DNA of 62,181 nucleotides, counting the filler, from Choristocarpus tenellus KU-1152 (Eukaryota; Protista; Phaeophyceae): the NCBI GenBank assembly GCA_964200185.2. It is 9 parts of 9 records of this genome, joined end to end, with 100 filler letters (N's around TTAATTAATTAA, not from the genome) between each part and the next. Parts side by side here need not be neighbours in the genome. Positions count along the whole stretch, not along the records: positions 1 to 5,726 come from CAXNAD020009899.1; positions 5,827 to 25,101 come from CAXNAD020000480.1; 7 more parts are not named here. The stretch is one strand, 5' to 3'. How positions within the stretch are numbered: position 1 is the first letter of the stretch; every line of letters starts with the position of its first letter. Position numbers and translations under genes: made by a program. The notes under the pieces are model-generated. The model saw only the letters and a program-made list of their open reading frames with translations. It was not told the DNA's origin and did no database searches. Of the stretch, positions 1 to 13,200 are shown piece by piece.

Positions 1-2545
1 GGATACAGTGACAGACCGCTCAACATACATGGACCAGGTTCGATGATGGCTTGCTCTCGGTGATGAATGGTGGTTCAGTGAGGGGTTTGATTTGAGGGGC
101 ATGAGCTTTTTACATTTTGCTTGTTTTGCATGTGATTATGTACAACAGTAGAAAGTATGGTAGACTTTCAAGTCTTGTTTTGGAGGTTAGGGCTAGATGG
201 CGGATGCGGAGGGGCTGTTAGGTTTGTACTCAAGCACACTGTGTTTTGTGCTCTCCTGGGCTGATTATTACCTAGAGGCCATCTTCATGTTCACTTCTCT
301 AACCCCTTGGCTCTAAGCCTCGCCCTTTTTTTTTTTCAGTTATCTTCTATTTTGAATAAGGCTGGCTCTATTGCATACAAAGTATGAAACATGTTACTAT
401 GGTGAATGAATAGCTATTGAAGTGGATGTGACCTCTCCTGTCATGTTCCCAGTACTAAAAGTATGCACAGGAAATGTCGAAATTTAGTCGGATCTGACCC
501 CAAACAGGGGCAAGTGGTGGTAAAGGGGCGGTCGGTGCCTTTGTCCTTTGGGTCACAGTTCTAGGCCTCGAGTTGAACAGTTACATATTAATTTGATTCT
601 GCATATACCAATTGGATTGAAATGCTAAATTCCAACGCACAAGAGCACATCTTTGTCCCACTTTAAAGGTTTTCTACGCTTGTAGGGAGGGATATGGATG
701 TGGTAAGGGTTAGGATTATGAAGTGAACAGTCATGTTGCAGAGGGAAGTATAATTTTTTTCCCCTTTTTATTGACTAAAGTGTAAGAGAGTACAGATAAG
801 TTTAGAGTGGGGCTGAAAAATCACTGCTACTCTAGATTATCATTATTTTGAAGTATAGGAGTTAGGTACGTTGTGCATGTGTTGATGTGGGGTACTTGCA
901 GAAGCAACTATCATATACTTTCAAGTTCTCAACTTCTATTTTTGCGTTAGATTTAGTGCGAAGAAATTCACAGTCTGCCATGGTCAACTTAAAAAATTCC
1001 ACCTCATACTTCTTTCCTAATGCATAATGCAGTCCACTATTACATACTGTTGTTACCGTTTCTTGGGGCATGCCCTCTATGGCCTAGTCTAACATGCCCG
1101 TTTTAAATTTCAGACACACCTTTGTCTTGTTTATCTATATTGTGGTCATGTGTGCTCTTGCCAGGTAAGCTTACCCTGCCGGCACTTATCCCCTACAACA
1201 GTCACCTAACCCCAACCCTAACACTAACACTAACACTAACACTTATCCCCTACAACAGTCGCCTAACCATAGTTGAATGAATGTGTAGATCTCTGAAACT
1301 GAACTCTGGTATCCTTACCCACAAGTGTCACGGGTGCATGTATTGTTTATGGGGTTTGATCCTTTGCTCCAGTAGATTTTGTCTCGACCAAAGGAAGGAG
1401 CTGATGCAGAAGCCCTTCATACTTACAGTGCTTCTGTCCTCAAGTGCCTGTTTTCCTTGGAGATAATCAAGCAGCTTGGCATGGGTCGCTATAAGGGGGC
1501 AGAGAAGCCACCCACGCCTATTGATGAAAGAACCCTCGAGGCTGAGGCATGGTGAGTGTGTGAGCTCTTATGGTGCTGCTGGCCAAACCTCGCTATGGTA
1601 GTGGATTTGGTCTGTAGACAGTCCAGCAAGAGGGGAAATTGGTGCTTTCTGGTGGATTATAACACTGGTTTTCTGGAGACGTTGGGACCTTTTGATCACT
1701 TCTTAGCTGCATCACCATTCAATGAAAGGTGTACCTGATAATAATGTAACCATCTCTCCAACCTATCACACAATGTTTTGCTACTCTAGGCTTGTACTGT
1801 GCATCTTCTCAATGTGTACATGCTCTTTTGGTGGTAGTTCAACCAATCAGGTTTCTCGACTAATATTTTTTGGTCCTTTTTTTTTTAGGAATAGTCCATA
1901 AAGCGTGTCTGATGCCTGATTTTTTGGGGGGTTTCAAGAAATATGAGGTCTTTCTGGGCAGTCTGTGTCTGTATTTGAGACCTGGTTTGGGCTATTTTGG
2001 ATTGGTATTGGGCAATGGTTCATTTCAGGGATGGTATGATTTAGACCAAGTGTATTTGGACTCTCTTTATTTTCCATGAAACTGTTTGTGTAGATTTGTT
2101 GCATGTGCATTCCAAGAGATAGGCATTGACAAGTCCTCAAATGGGATAATGAAGGATGCCACATATTTGTGATATTTGTTTCCACTTGGAAGGAGCGGAC
2201 TCTTCTTAATGTAATGGTACAGTTGACTCTAACTGTTCCATCATTGAAGTAGTGCTTCTTGTCTGACTCCTCTTTTTTCTGCTTGGAGAGGATACTTGTG
2301 CTGGAGAGATGCACTAGAGGCAACAATCCTTGCTAAATGGGGTGAAGGTCTTTTGTTATTTGAGAGTTAATCATTGTCTGCCATGTGCTTCATAGTGAAG
2401 TAACAAGATGTCTTGTGGTTCAACTAGTGTCACCATGTTGTTACATATATTTTTTTCTACTTGCTTGTATGACTTCACCGCTGACCAGAATTGGTTCCGA
2501 CCTTGAGTATATATCTGCCACACTCCTTCAACCCATACTTGATCA

Positions 2546-2589
<44 letters not shown>

Positions 2590-5293
2590 ATTGTTGGCAT
2601 CAGGAATAATACCCCCTTTTCCTGCCCCACTCCCACTTCAGTTTTTTTTATTGCTGCTAAAACCCAATTGCATGTTTGGTTTAGATCAGTGTTTGTTCAA
2701 TCATTACTAACCTCGTGTACACTGGACCCTCCTACTCCCATGCACCTGTGTTTCTTTTGTGCTTGCATATCCTATTTTAAGGCAGTCGGATGAAGCCCCT
2801 GGAAGTGTGAGGGAGAGGGGATGGGACAGGAAGGAATGGAGCCTGGAGGAGAGCATTAGGGAGTTTTCCGCCTGTGTCCACCAGGTCTACCGAGATTCAA
2901 ACCTCAAGTAAAATAAGTAAAATCAGTAAAATCAGTAAAATCCCCTGTCTCCCTCCTCCTTTAATCCTCTGTTGCATGCAGAGGACCTAAGAGTAGCGCT
3001 GGGCACGAAGTCTGCTGTCTGTTCACCAATATCCCCTAATGGTGATGAAGTAATCATTGACATACCCGACAATACTCACGGAATTAGTTGCTGCTTTGTA
3101 CAGTCTCTTCTTTTTTTGTTACTTTGACTGATGTGTGCTTATTATAGGTAGAACTGGTTTGTGTTCTGGATGTTGGGGTTATTAATTTAGACCATTGTAT
3201 TGCTGTATCACAGTGTTAGGGTTAGGGTTAGGGTTAGGGTTAGGGTTGTTCTTCGTTTGGGGTATCACGGTCTTGTGTATGGAACTTAGGTGGTGACTCT
3301 TTCAAGAGAGTGTTTTGTTTTGCTATCTGTGTGTGATCGTGTTGGACTCGTTGTGTCTTGATGATCGCTGTCCCCTCAAAATACCTGCTGTTGACTCCCC
3401 CCTCCCCTTTCCATCTCCCCACTCTATCTTCCAATGATGTGAAATTGATGTATGGTATCATCTGTTGAGTATAATTGGGTTCAGGACTAGGGTCTGGCCT
3501 GCTCTTCTCCATGCAAAGTCTTCACTGTTGAGAGTCTATTCTCTTGTGAAGCACATCTACGGTATAGGATCCCCTTTGAAAATGATTCTGATTTTATTTT
3601 ATTTTTATTTTTATTTTTCTGAAGGTCGCGAGTCATGCAGGCAGCAACAGCGGGAATCTCCAATGGCAGGACAGGGGGCGGTGAGGGGGGTGATGATTCT
3701 ACAGGGGCTGGGGCAGGGCTGGTGTTTGACAAGGACGATCAGTTGTCCATGCGGTTTGTAACCGCTTCCACCAACCTTCGTAGCCGGGTGTTCAAGGTGT
3801 GGAAGAGTCACACTTGCCCTCTCACTGCAGAGGAGCCTTGGTCAAGTGCAATACTGGTTGGGACTTATTCTTGTTCAGCATCTCTTTGCTTTTGAAGTTT
3901 TAAATTAAAACCGGTAGGATATTTTTTTGTCGATTTCAGCAAGGCAGCTTGTCTAAATTATCCCCCAAGCGTGCTTGCATTCATATCGCCACGTTTGTGG
4001 ATCAAAGCTTCATGCCCAGTCGTCATCAACACTCCTTTGATTATGAGTTGATTTGAATAGGCACGCTTTGAATAGGCACGCTTCACAGTGTTGTCCGACA
4101 ATTATAATTGCCATTGATTTGCAACTCTGGGACTTTGAAGTACCAAGGAAGGACCCTTACAACCCCACCAAGAACCAAAGCCCTGCACAGTTGGGCTTTC
4201 TCTGTTTGGTCAGTTTCCGATGACAAAGGTTTTGTCCAAAACCTTTGTCCAATCATATCTCTCAGTGTACGTAACTGTCATATATTTATACACAGTCGCA
4301 ACGACGTATTTGTATTTGCCACAGTGTGAAACTGTTGCAGAGGGATTTTGACTGTAGCTGTCAGTTTTTTTCAAAACATTAACATGAACAAGAAAGTATA
4401 TCCAGAACGGCAGTTACGTTTTTGGTTTCATCTGACCCCCCACGGGATGTTTCGGTTTGCAATTGGTGTTTCTGTTTTTTGACAGTATGTTTTTGACAGT
4501 ATGGTTATTGTCGTACCTTTTTTCTTGCTGTCAGGTCTGATGACAGGGTGAACCTTCCATGGTTGTTCGTGGCAATGAGGGGTTTTTTGAACCAGTCTCG
4601 TGAACAGGAGAACCAATACCTTATAGTAGTAGATGAAGTTTATAACCCGGTGTGCCGCCAACTAATATTATGGAAATCCTGGAATTTCTGAGTAAGAAAT
4701 CAGAGACCCTTGGAGCGGTGTATACATTTGCCACAAATGGTACAACAAATTTGACCTGTACCTTTTATCAGTTTTGTTCTTATTCATACCGTACCGTGGG
4801 TTAAACCCTAACCCTACTGAGAAGGAATGTTATTGCCACCCCCACTATCTATGCCCATTAATTCTAGGATATATATATTTTTTCCTCTCTCCAAAAAGCA
4901 AGAAATGTTATTTCTATGCTGCATGTTTTATGCTTGAAGTGTGTATCATCTAGGTTTCAATGTGTATAGTGCTTTATTGATCATTTATGCTCAACCGACT
5001 TCTTGCAGGACAAGCCGTTTAACACTCCATGAAAAGGAATAGTAGAGAGTATATTCTAGTAGCAACAGACATGGTCCTGCTATCTTTTGTATGATGCTCA
5101 AATATCCCTTGGCATACTCTCCAACATGGTTGACACTTCCCCAATATATTTTTGACCTTGTCTGCGTGGTTGCAACCTAAATGTGGGATGTGATGCACAG
5201 ATTCCCGTGCAGAGTTACTATGAGGCTAAGGGCGTTGCTGGAAACATTATCCCAGCCATTGCCACTACCAACGCTATTATCGCGGGGCTTCAG
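1..5293 (+). CDS. UBA2: SUMO-activating enzyme subunit 2 (UBA2/SAE2), internal fragment; exons 1-37, 1376-1551, 2782-2907, 3625-3796, 5201-5293
   Basis: GT-AG exons splice in phase to ...STYMDQ|ILSRPKEG...[28 protein letters not shown]...W|QSDE...[15 protein letters not shown]...K|SRV...[26 protein letters not shown]|[36 protein letters not shown] and [18 protein letters not shown] are UBA2 hallmarks. Both ends lie outside the window/contig. Confidence 0.92.
1183..1268. repeat. Short direct duplication (CACTTATCCCCTACAACAGTC..CTAAC x2) around degenerate CCCTAA/CACTAA repeats
   Basis: Seen directly in UBA2 intron 1. Confidence 0.7.
2547..2589. repeat. Compound (TA)n(TG)n microsatellite
   Basis: Seen directly. 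Confidence 0.95.
3216..3245 (+). repeat. Interstitial telomere-like (TTAGGG)5
   Basis: Five perfect TTAGGG units inside a UBA2 intron. Confidence 0.9.
3905..4804 (-). mobile_element. Probable degenerate piggyBac-like element in UBA2 intron
   Basis: TTAA at 3905-3908 and 4801-4804 with imperfect inverted ends (TTAAAACCGGTAGG / CCGTACCGTGGGTTAA). Minus-strand peptide scraps [16 protein letters not shown] and KRGD resemble piggyBac transposase motifs. Confidence 0.45.
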
Positions 5294-5726
5294 GTACTAT
5301 GCTAGAGCTCTGATAGACTTGCTGCTCCGATGATGCACTCTTTCCAGCTATGTGTGCATTAGTCTTTTGTGGGAGTATCATTTGGTCTTTATAGTGTAGG
5401 GTGTAAGATACCTCTTGCTCTTGTGTGAGGGTCTTTTGTGTGTTGGAGTAAGGTTCTTGAGCCAAATGTACAGAGATGGATAACATAAAATTTTCTGTTC
5501 CTGTGCTCAGTAGGATCGACATTTGTTGGCATTCCGTTGCTGCTTCCATCTCTTGCTCCTGTCGAATTTTACTGAAGTGTGAACTGTTGATATATTCAAC
5601 ATCAGTATTGTCTACTTCCACTTTCCTGAAAGGAAAAGGAGACCACATGTGTGATGATTTTGCTGTGCGGTCTACCCCCCCCCCCCCCCCCCCTCCCAGA
5701 CAATTTCATCCTCATGTGTTTCCCTG

Positions 5727-5826
5727 NNNNNNNNNNNNNNNNNNNNNNNNNNNNNNNNNNNNNNNNNNNNTTAATTAATTAANNNNNNNNNNNNNNNNNN
5801 NNNNNNNNNNNNNNNNNNNNNNNNNN
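5727..5826. other. Artificial contig spacer N44-TTAATTAATTAA-N44
   Basis: Exactly 100 bp with a six-frame stop linker; repeated 8 times in the window. Confidence 0.98.
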
Positions 5827-5900
5827 ATCTCCAAAATTACATCAAAATCACAACATTGTATTTTGATCCCCAAATGGACGCGGCTCTACCCTCTAAGATA
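5827..5900 (+). mobile_element. MITE family A, 3' fragment at contig start
   Basis: CCAAAATTACATCAAAATC...GGACGCGGCTCTACCCTCTAAGATA matches the copies at 20165 and 55311. Confidence 0.8.
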
Positions 5901-5904
5901 GTTT

Positions 5905-8490
5905 CACGCACCTGCCCAATTTGCGTAAGGTGCTAAAGGACTCTTGAGCGGCACATTTTGCAGTTTAAGGTGTACCTGTCATGTACACATTGCTTGGGTG
6001 GATCCAATAAAGCAGTTCAATCGTTTCACGTGGCCAATTTCCATGATTTGCCAATGGTAACTGGAGCGGCAACATCTTGAAGTATTTTTCACAGGTGTCA
6101 GTTACACATTTTGCTTAGATCCAAAACCATTGTTTGATCATTTCACCTGCTCTATGTCTGTAAGATGTTAATCGTGACTTGAGGGGGGCATATTTTGCAA
6201 TTTAGCACATACCTCCCAGTTACACTTGCGTTGGATAGATCCAAAAAACCGTAGTATGTCCGCTTCATCTGCCCAATGTCCGTAAGGTGCCAACGGTTAC
6301 ATACTCCCTCTGTCCCATAAGTCTGGGCTGCTAAGTTGTAGCTCTTCAGGATGACCTCCGATTATAAAACGGATCTTTGCGTTGGATTGCTTGGAATATA
6401 TTGCATAAAAAAACTATATCTCACCATTATTCGACACCATCAACCCACCAATCCATGACTGCCACGGAGGCCGCTCGGTCTACTCCGAGTGATCTAACCA
6501 ACCCGCCCTCTCACTGCCTTTTTTTGGTCCCGGTGTGCTCTACCTCGAAATCGTTCCCACAGCGTCCTTAACACCTGATTGCTTCTCTAACAGAATCTGC
6601 CACACCCTCAAGCGTGTCTGCGTTGTACGCATGGAACATGCGTGAAACCCCTTCTACAAGTTCATCAACGGTGCCGTAACGCTCCACCCACAAACCCTGC
6701 TCTTCAGTGATGCAACCCCACCCAAATCATTGATGTTGAGATCCGGCGACTATGCTGACTGCATCACGAGCTTAATGTTCTATCCCTCCTACATCCCTGC
6801 TGCATTAAGCTTCTGCACCGTGCCCTCTTGCCCATCAGCGAGGTTGCGCCATCCTGCTGTATGGAGACCCCCCCAATTCCGGCTGCCACACGTTTTCCTT
6901 GATCGTTGGCAATAGTTGCTCTGTGAAGCACTCCAGGTACCACTCAACGTCGACAGTGACGTTGACCTTGTACTCCTCACCCTTTATGTACCGCGCTGTA
7001 GTCCGTTGCGCCTCCTTCGTGACACAAACCTGCCAGATCCCGACCTTGCCGTCGAAATCATGGGAAGGATCTAGGCGTGAAGCGGCGAAGATGAACATCA
7101 CTTTGGGAATGTGTCTCTTGTGCTACACCTTCGTCGAGACCACCTTTTCTTTCTCTGGGAACATGTGCACCATCTCTCGTTCGCGGATGAGGTAGAATCA
7201 CGCTTCGTCGACGTGAACAGTCCTGTAGGTTTTATGGTTGCGGGAGATCTGGTTGAATATGAAGTCCACCCTGTTCTTCTTGTGAGAAAACGAAAAACTA
7301 GGGGTGACGTGCCGCTGAACCCTCGTTGCCCCCATGGCTTCGATCCAGCGATGAAGCTTTGAACTGCCGACTGCGAGGCCTGCTTCGGCAAGCTTGGTGG
7401 AAAGTTGGTCGGTAGTCAGCGTGCGATTACTGGTGTTGATTTCCTGTATCTTTGCTTGTGTCGTTGGCGTAAAGTACGACGGTTGTCCAGATCGTGCTTG
7501 CTATTTCAGTGAGACGGTATTCCTCCTGTCTAACTGTTCTTTGACGCGCGCACACACCCGTCTAGGGTCTCTGTCCCTCTCCAAACTCTTTCTTTCGACC
7601 ACAACCCCCCTGGGAGCCTCTCGTGACCTGAAGGAAGAACCAATGCGTAATGCCGAGCAAGTGGGGTCCGACCTTCCTCGGTCAGCTTGCAATTCTTTCC
7701 CCGAGACAGTGGGTCTCGTGCCGGGGATTGCGGCTGTGGGGGCTCACCATTGGGGATGCGAGAGTGTTGTGCGACTTCACACTGCAGTAGGAATAGCCCC
7801 ATTCTGTATTCCATTCTTTTATTACCATTTCAGAACAGAATTATTTGTAGATCCTTTGAAAAATAGCTATTAAATATAAATAATGTAAGGAATCCAACGT
7901 GAAAGTCCGTTTTGTAATCAGACATCATCCCCAAGAGGTACAACTTAATTGTCCAGACATATGGGACAGACGGAGTATTGCTTTTGGATGGATCCAAAAC
8001 CGTAGTTTTTCCGTTTCACCTGCCCAATGTGCGCACGATATCAATCGTGAATTGAGCGAAAATATTTTTTTTTGCAGTTTATCACATACAGTAAGTTTCA
8101 GTTTTCACATTGCTTGGATGGATCCGAGACTGATGTTTTACATTCTCACCTGCCCAATCTCTAGAGGGTATCATGTTGACTTGAGCAGCAACAGTTTACT
8201 TACAGTTTATCACATATTTGTCAGTTCCACATTACTTGGATGGATCCAAAATCTTTGATGGATCATTTCACCTCCAATACCAATCGTGACTTTACCAGCA
8301 TCATTTTTCAGCTTTTAACACATATGTGGCAGGTACACATCATTTGGATGGATCCAAAATCTTTGTTCGTTTCACCTGCCAAATCTCTATAGGATACTAA
8401 AGCTAACTTGAGGGGCAATAGTTTGCAGTCTTTCAGATAAGTGCTAGCTACACATCACTTGGATGGATCCAAATCAGTTGTTTGAGTGGA
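5905..8490. repeat. ~120-bp tandem satellite (about 8 units), split by a mariner insertion
   Basis: CACCTGCCCAAT...GTTACACATTGCTTGGATGGATCCAAAA...GTTTCACC recurs with ~110-125 bp period. GATCC cores lie near 6000, 6118, 6238, 7990, 8120, 8242, 8350 and 8465. Confidence 0.85.
6304..7975 (-). mobile_element. Tc1/mariner DNA transposon (plant-mariner/DD39D-like, Stowaway-type TIRs), full length, transposase pseudogenised
   Basis: TA TSD at 6302-6303 and 7976-7977. TIRs CTCCCTCTGTCCCATAAGTCTGG / CCAGACATATGGGACAGACGGAG. Minus-strand motifs VHVDEA*FYL, PKVMFIFAASR...FDGKVGIW, QQDGA and SPDLNINDLG, with stops and frameshifts. Confidence 0.92.
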
Positions 8491-8859
8491 TTGTACATCT
8501 CGATTGTTGCATGTAACCTCCACACACCACACTCCTGCGGTAAGTAATTTCAAGCATATTTCTCCTTCTGTATCCACACGTTTCTTGCCGAAAGCACAGA
8601 TCATGTAGAGATAAATGAAGGAACTGTTGGAAGGTTGTGCAAGACCCAAACAACAAGAGTATGACCGCCTCTAGCCTCTATGATGTCATAGCTCATTCTA
8701 CACAGCCACCTATCCTTCCCAGTTGCATGAGGTAGTACACTTTTTGGGGTCTTGTCAAGGACGCTTTTCCAATGATGAGCTAGGGCTAATTCTGCTGTTC
8801 TTAGCGTGACAATCAAAAACTTCTCTTCTTGGGACATATATTTGTGGGACGAGGAAAGG

Positions 8860-10230
8860 TAATCCATTGGATACCATGATACGTAGTTTTTTAGTGTACT
8901 GGAGTCTTCATAGTGAGCTCGATTAGTATGGTTTACTTAATTCACATCATGTTTTTGCTGTCGCTCAAGACAACAATTAGTTGGCACCATTCAATAGTCC
9001 AGTGAGTTGGGGGAACATAAGCCACAGAATATAGCTAGTCCATACCTAGGAATATGGAGAAAAGTATGGAGTGATTCGAAGGGCTAGCAATAATTTCACA
9101 TGTCCTCCTTCACTCCATACAATAATGTTTTGTTCAATGCAAAGTTTTATGCGTTCCTATATGCGAGAGGCATTCCTCCTATGGGGGGAGTTGGAAGGGG
9201 CTTGGAATATCTGTCAATATTTGATTCAGTGGTGAGTTGCATGGTTGTACAGAAGATTTCGACTTTTGTCAATGACAAGACTCTAAATCTCGCCACACCC
9301 TTTACACTACGAGGTAAACTGACTAAGCATATATGACCATTGTCGAATCTTCAGGTGGTCGTTTGGTGATAGTACAACATACTCTGTGTGTGTGTTCTGT
9401 CTAAACCCAATCTTCAAACGACGATCAATAATATCTCCTATTCATGGTCCACAATCAACGGGATTTACAAATAGCTCCACAAGAACACTCCGATTATCAT
9501 TTTTGTAATCATAAGATGTACTCGATATCTTTCAAGGGCTAATCCTTTTGGAATTCTGCTCTTCAACACTGTACCCCCAGTTGACTGGAGCCCTAAGTCT
9601 GCTCTAAGCCCTAACCCACCCTTCCTTGTCTTCACTCACCAGCGTGCATGCACTACACGACCAACTCCATGCTGTGTTGAGCCCAAATTTGGTGAGACCT
9701 TTGTGTTCCTCCTCTCCGAGGAGGTGCCAGCAAGTTCCGCCGCATGGGTGAGTGGACTCTAAAAATGGAAAGGCTAGAGTTTCGATTTGGACGTATTCTA
9801 GCTGAAACCAGACCTATGGTAGGACTAGAACTGTTCACAATATCACTTGCACAGTGAGACCTAGCACCACAACTAGTGGCAGTCATATAGGTATATCAGT
9901 GAAAGGAAATTGAAAATAGACGCTGTGTTGTACTGAAGAACTTGCTGCTTGTATTTTTACATGCGTAAAATGTCTCCCCACAACCCAATCAATGCTAATG
10001 GCCAATTCACCACTAGTTGGTGCTCACGATACCTCCTCGTAGTTTGTTGAAAATTTAGATATTTGGGGTTGATCTGGAATCCATATTGCCTGATAATACA
10101 GCATCCAATCCGTTTTAAGAAACCTAGTCATTGAGATACCATCACCTTCCACGGGTAGAATATCCTAATAACACTTCAATCAGCGATCAGAACCACCAAC
10201 AATAGACTCAAGAAAGTTCCTCCAATTGAC
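8860..10230 (-). mobile_element. Degenerate Ty1/copia pol relic (protease-integrase region)
   Basis: Minus-strand scraps LPVEGDG, AIWIPD, KGVARF, RITPYF and NYVSWY occur in the order expected for copia pol; heavily decayed. Confidence 0.4.
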
Positions 10231-10266
10231 AAACATCCCCTCTCACTGCATCTCTTGTTTGGTAAG

Positions 10267-13200
10267 GCATCTCTCCTGCAATCGGACATGCCATTGCACC
10301 TGTGTCTGACCAGAAATGCCGTCAAACAACAAGCATGTAGCCACCAACTTCATTTCCATGCAGATCAACAAGGACAACAAGAGCAGTCCAACCTCTCTGA
10401 TGAAGATGGGATTGCCTTGCCAAAGGCAAAAAATGGTTCAGTGTCTTCATCATCACTTCCACCAACACGGCAGATGAATGGAGTCAAGGGGCATCATCAC
10501 CCCCAAACCATTGAGGTAAGAGGTGGTGGGGAGCTAGTAGGGACAGCAGACCTTGACTGGCGCCGTGGCCTTCTCGATGTTGAAGGCAAAGGAACTGATG
10601 GCGAGCAAAGATTGGGGGGTGCCCAACTGTCAGTGGAGCTGTCATCAGCAACACCTGATTCCATCGTGCACCCAGGTTAGCATTCTAAATATTCAGGAGT
10701 GGCTGGAAGTGTAGATGACTGGAGGGTACTGGCAAATTAGGAAGGTGTACTAGAGCTTTCACCAAAGTATACATTCCGTCAATTTTTCCTTCTAAGCCCA
10801 AATATAAACAGAGTCCGAACTGTGCTAGGGACAATGTTGCGATCTGTGCCTTGTGGGTTTCTTTAATGATATCTATCTTCGACGGAAAGAATTGGTCTGG
10901 AGGGACTGATGCAACGAAGAAAGACACCCTGAGCATTTTGCCACTTGATTGTACTTGTAGTTGTACAGAATGATTTAGTACTATGAGTTACAATAGATAA
11001 ATGCAATAATTCTGAAGACTTTCGTGCTGTTATCACAGCACATATTCCTATGTTAGGTCTAGAAAGGAAAATAAGTGGGAGGTCTAGGAAATGCTAGGGT
11101 GTGAATCATGTTGTAATGATCTAATATTTCGAAATATCTTCTCCATACGTCATTTTCAGCAGTTAGTTGGCCTTGATTTTGAACGGGTTATTGTAGGCTT
11201 TGGTAGAGCTTCCATTATTGTTCGTTGATATTAAATGGCTTGCATGCAGACTTAAGGGATATCCATTGTTTCATGATTTGGTAGTTTAGTCAGCGTGCTC
11301 CTTATTATGGGTGATCTGATCGCTATGTTTTCCAATATGTGTATATATCACTCCTTATTTGAATCCAGAGCCCTGTTGCACAGGCCACAATGTCATTACA
11401 ATAGCTGAATATCTTTGCCCAACACTATCACTGATACATGACTCCTGACGAGACTTCACATAACCCATTTTGTCACACATGTGCTGGAGTGTGTGCATGC
11501 AACAAAGTGTAGAGTGTTACAGGTCAGCTGGAGAATATAACTCTAAGCACTTGGACATGAAAATGAATCGCTCATGGTTGCAGAATCAAGGTCACGAAGA
11601 ATAAGGGTTTTATTTTGAGCGATAGTTCGTTGTCACCCATGCTTCACTACAAGCTCCATGCTTCATTCAGTTACTGACAGAACGATCTACTCACACCCCT
11701 CCACACTCCTACTGCTGTACACATATGCACCCATCTCATGACCTCTACAATATCATCTTCATATGATTTTCTAGTTGGAGGGGTGATGAGAGTGAAGCTG
11801 GAAGTGGTGGCGTCTCCGGTGGAGGTGGACATCCCCTTCACAACTGCTGACGTCAAGCGGGTCATGGAACTCCAGGTACAGTCCCCAAAGACTTTTTAAA
11901 ATATCATTTTCTTGCATCTTGTCCTGGATCCAAACCCCTGTACCCTAATGCAAGGGTGAATCTTCTGGATGGGCACCACACATTGCAGTCTTATCTCCAT
12001 GCTGAGTGAAAGTATGAGGATACGAGTTTTGCCCTGTTTGTCTGTTTGGGGCTTGGCTTCCTACAGGTATTTTATGTCAATTTACCTATTCCAAAACATT
12101 TCAGCGTAGGTAAAATGTTTACATTATGAAGAGGTGTGTTCGGAACAAGGATACTGACACTTCGCAACATTGCAACATTGGATTTTGGCCCCCAAATGGA
12201 CGCGGCTCTACCCTCTAAGATACTTTGACACTGCTCTGATATATCGATTTGATCTTGGTGAGGGAACTGTAAGAATCGGCATTGTTCCCAACAATAGTAT
12301 TGCCTACATGTGACATTGAGCCAATGGGAGGCACTGGCTATACTACCTGCCCGACTCCATCAGTGTCAGCATCCCTCGACCATGAATGTATTTTGCACTT
12401 CACCAACAATGGTGTACTGTGCTGGATACTGTCAAGATCATGTCTCACTAGTTGTGGTGATGTACACACTCAACAATGCGACACCCTAAGTCTTTCAGCA
12501 CAAGAAAGTCATATATATAGAGAGATAAAAGGACGAAGTGCACAGCTCGAACTGCCAACTCCAACTCCAGAAACTAAACTGAAGGGGACTGCAATACATG
12601 CGACACTTTGATTAAATTCACTCCTTCTTTAGAATGTGAAATCGTCTTGGAGACAAGAAACCTGTTAGATCTCAAGGGCAAACCACATATTTGCTCTATT
12701 GGATAACCTCAGTTGCGAATAGTTCTTTTCCAGGGGGGCAATTATTGGAAAGAACTAAGAATACCTGGTGGGGTGAATAATGCAACCTGTTTGTGTTGTG
12801 CCTATAGGACAATTGGCAAATTCACCTGGTAGTCTATGGCACTGATGCAATTGTTAAACGTAGGGGTAAAATCCGAGATACTCTTGCCTCGGCCAACTTA
12901 CCGCCTTACTGGTTTGTCAACATTCTTTGACACAACATGTTAGGTTGGGACTAATACTAAAGCTTTTGGCAAACCAAAATCGTAGATCACTTGGACTCAC
13001 CTGGACATGGCAAGTGTATTCGAAGGTTGAAGTGCTGAAACCAAGCTAAGGTAGTCGACAACCTGTCATACAACTAATGGACTACACCATAAACTTAGTG
13101 CAGGCATGTATTCCCTTGACATTGCTGTCAAGAACATGCATTCTATTCTTGTGTAAAACTATATCATGCAAGAAATAGGCACTTGATGGAAGAGAACAAG

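Noticed and set aside
5771-5782. Recurrent TTAATTAATTAA motif as a biological site
   Set aside because: Always centred in N runs; it is a synthetic six-frame stop linker.
5905-8490. CRISPR-like array (conserved semi-palindromic core with variable intervals)
   Set aside because: The intervals are homologous to each other rather than unique spacers, there are no cas genes, and the context is eukaryotic.
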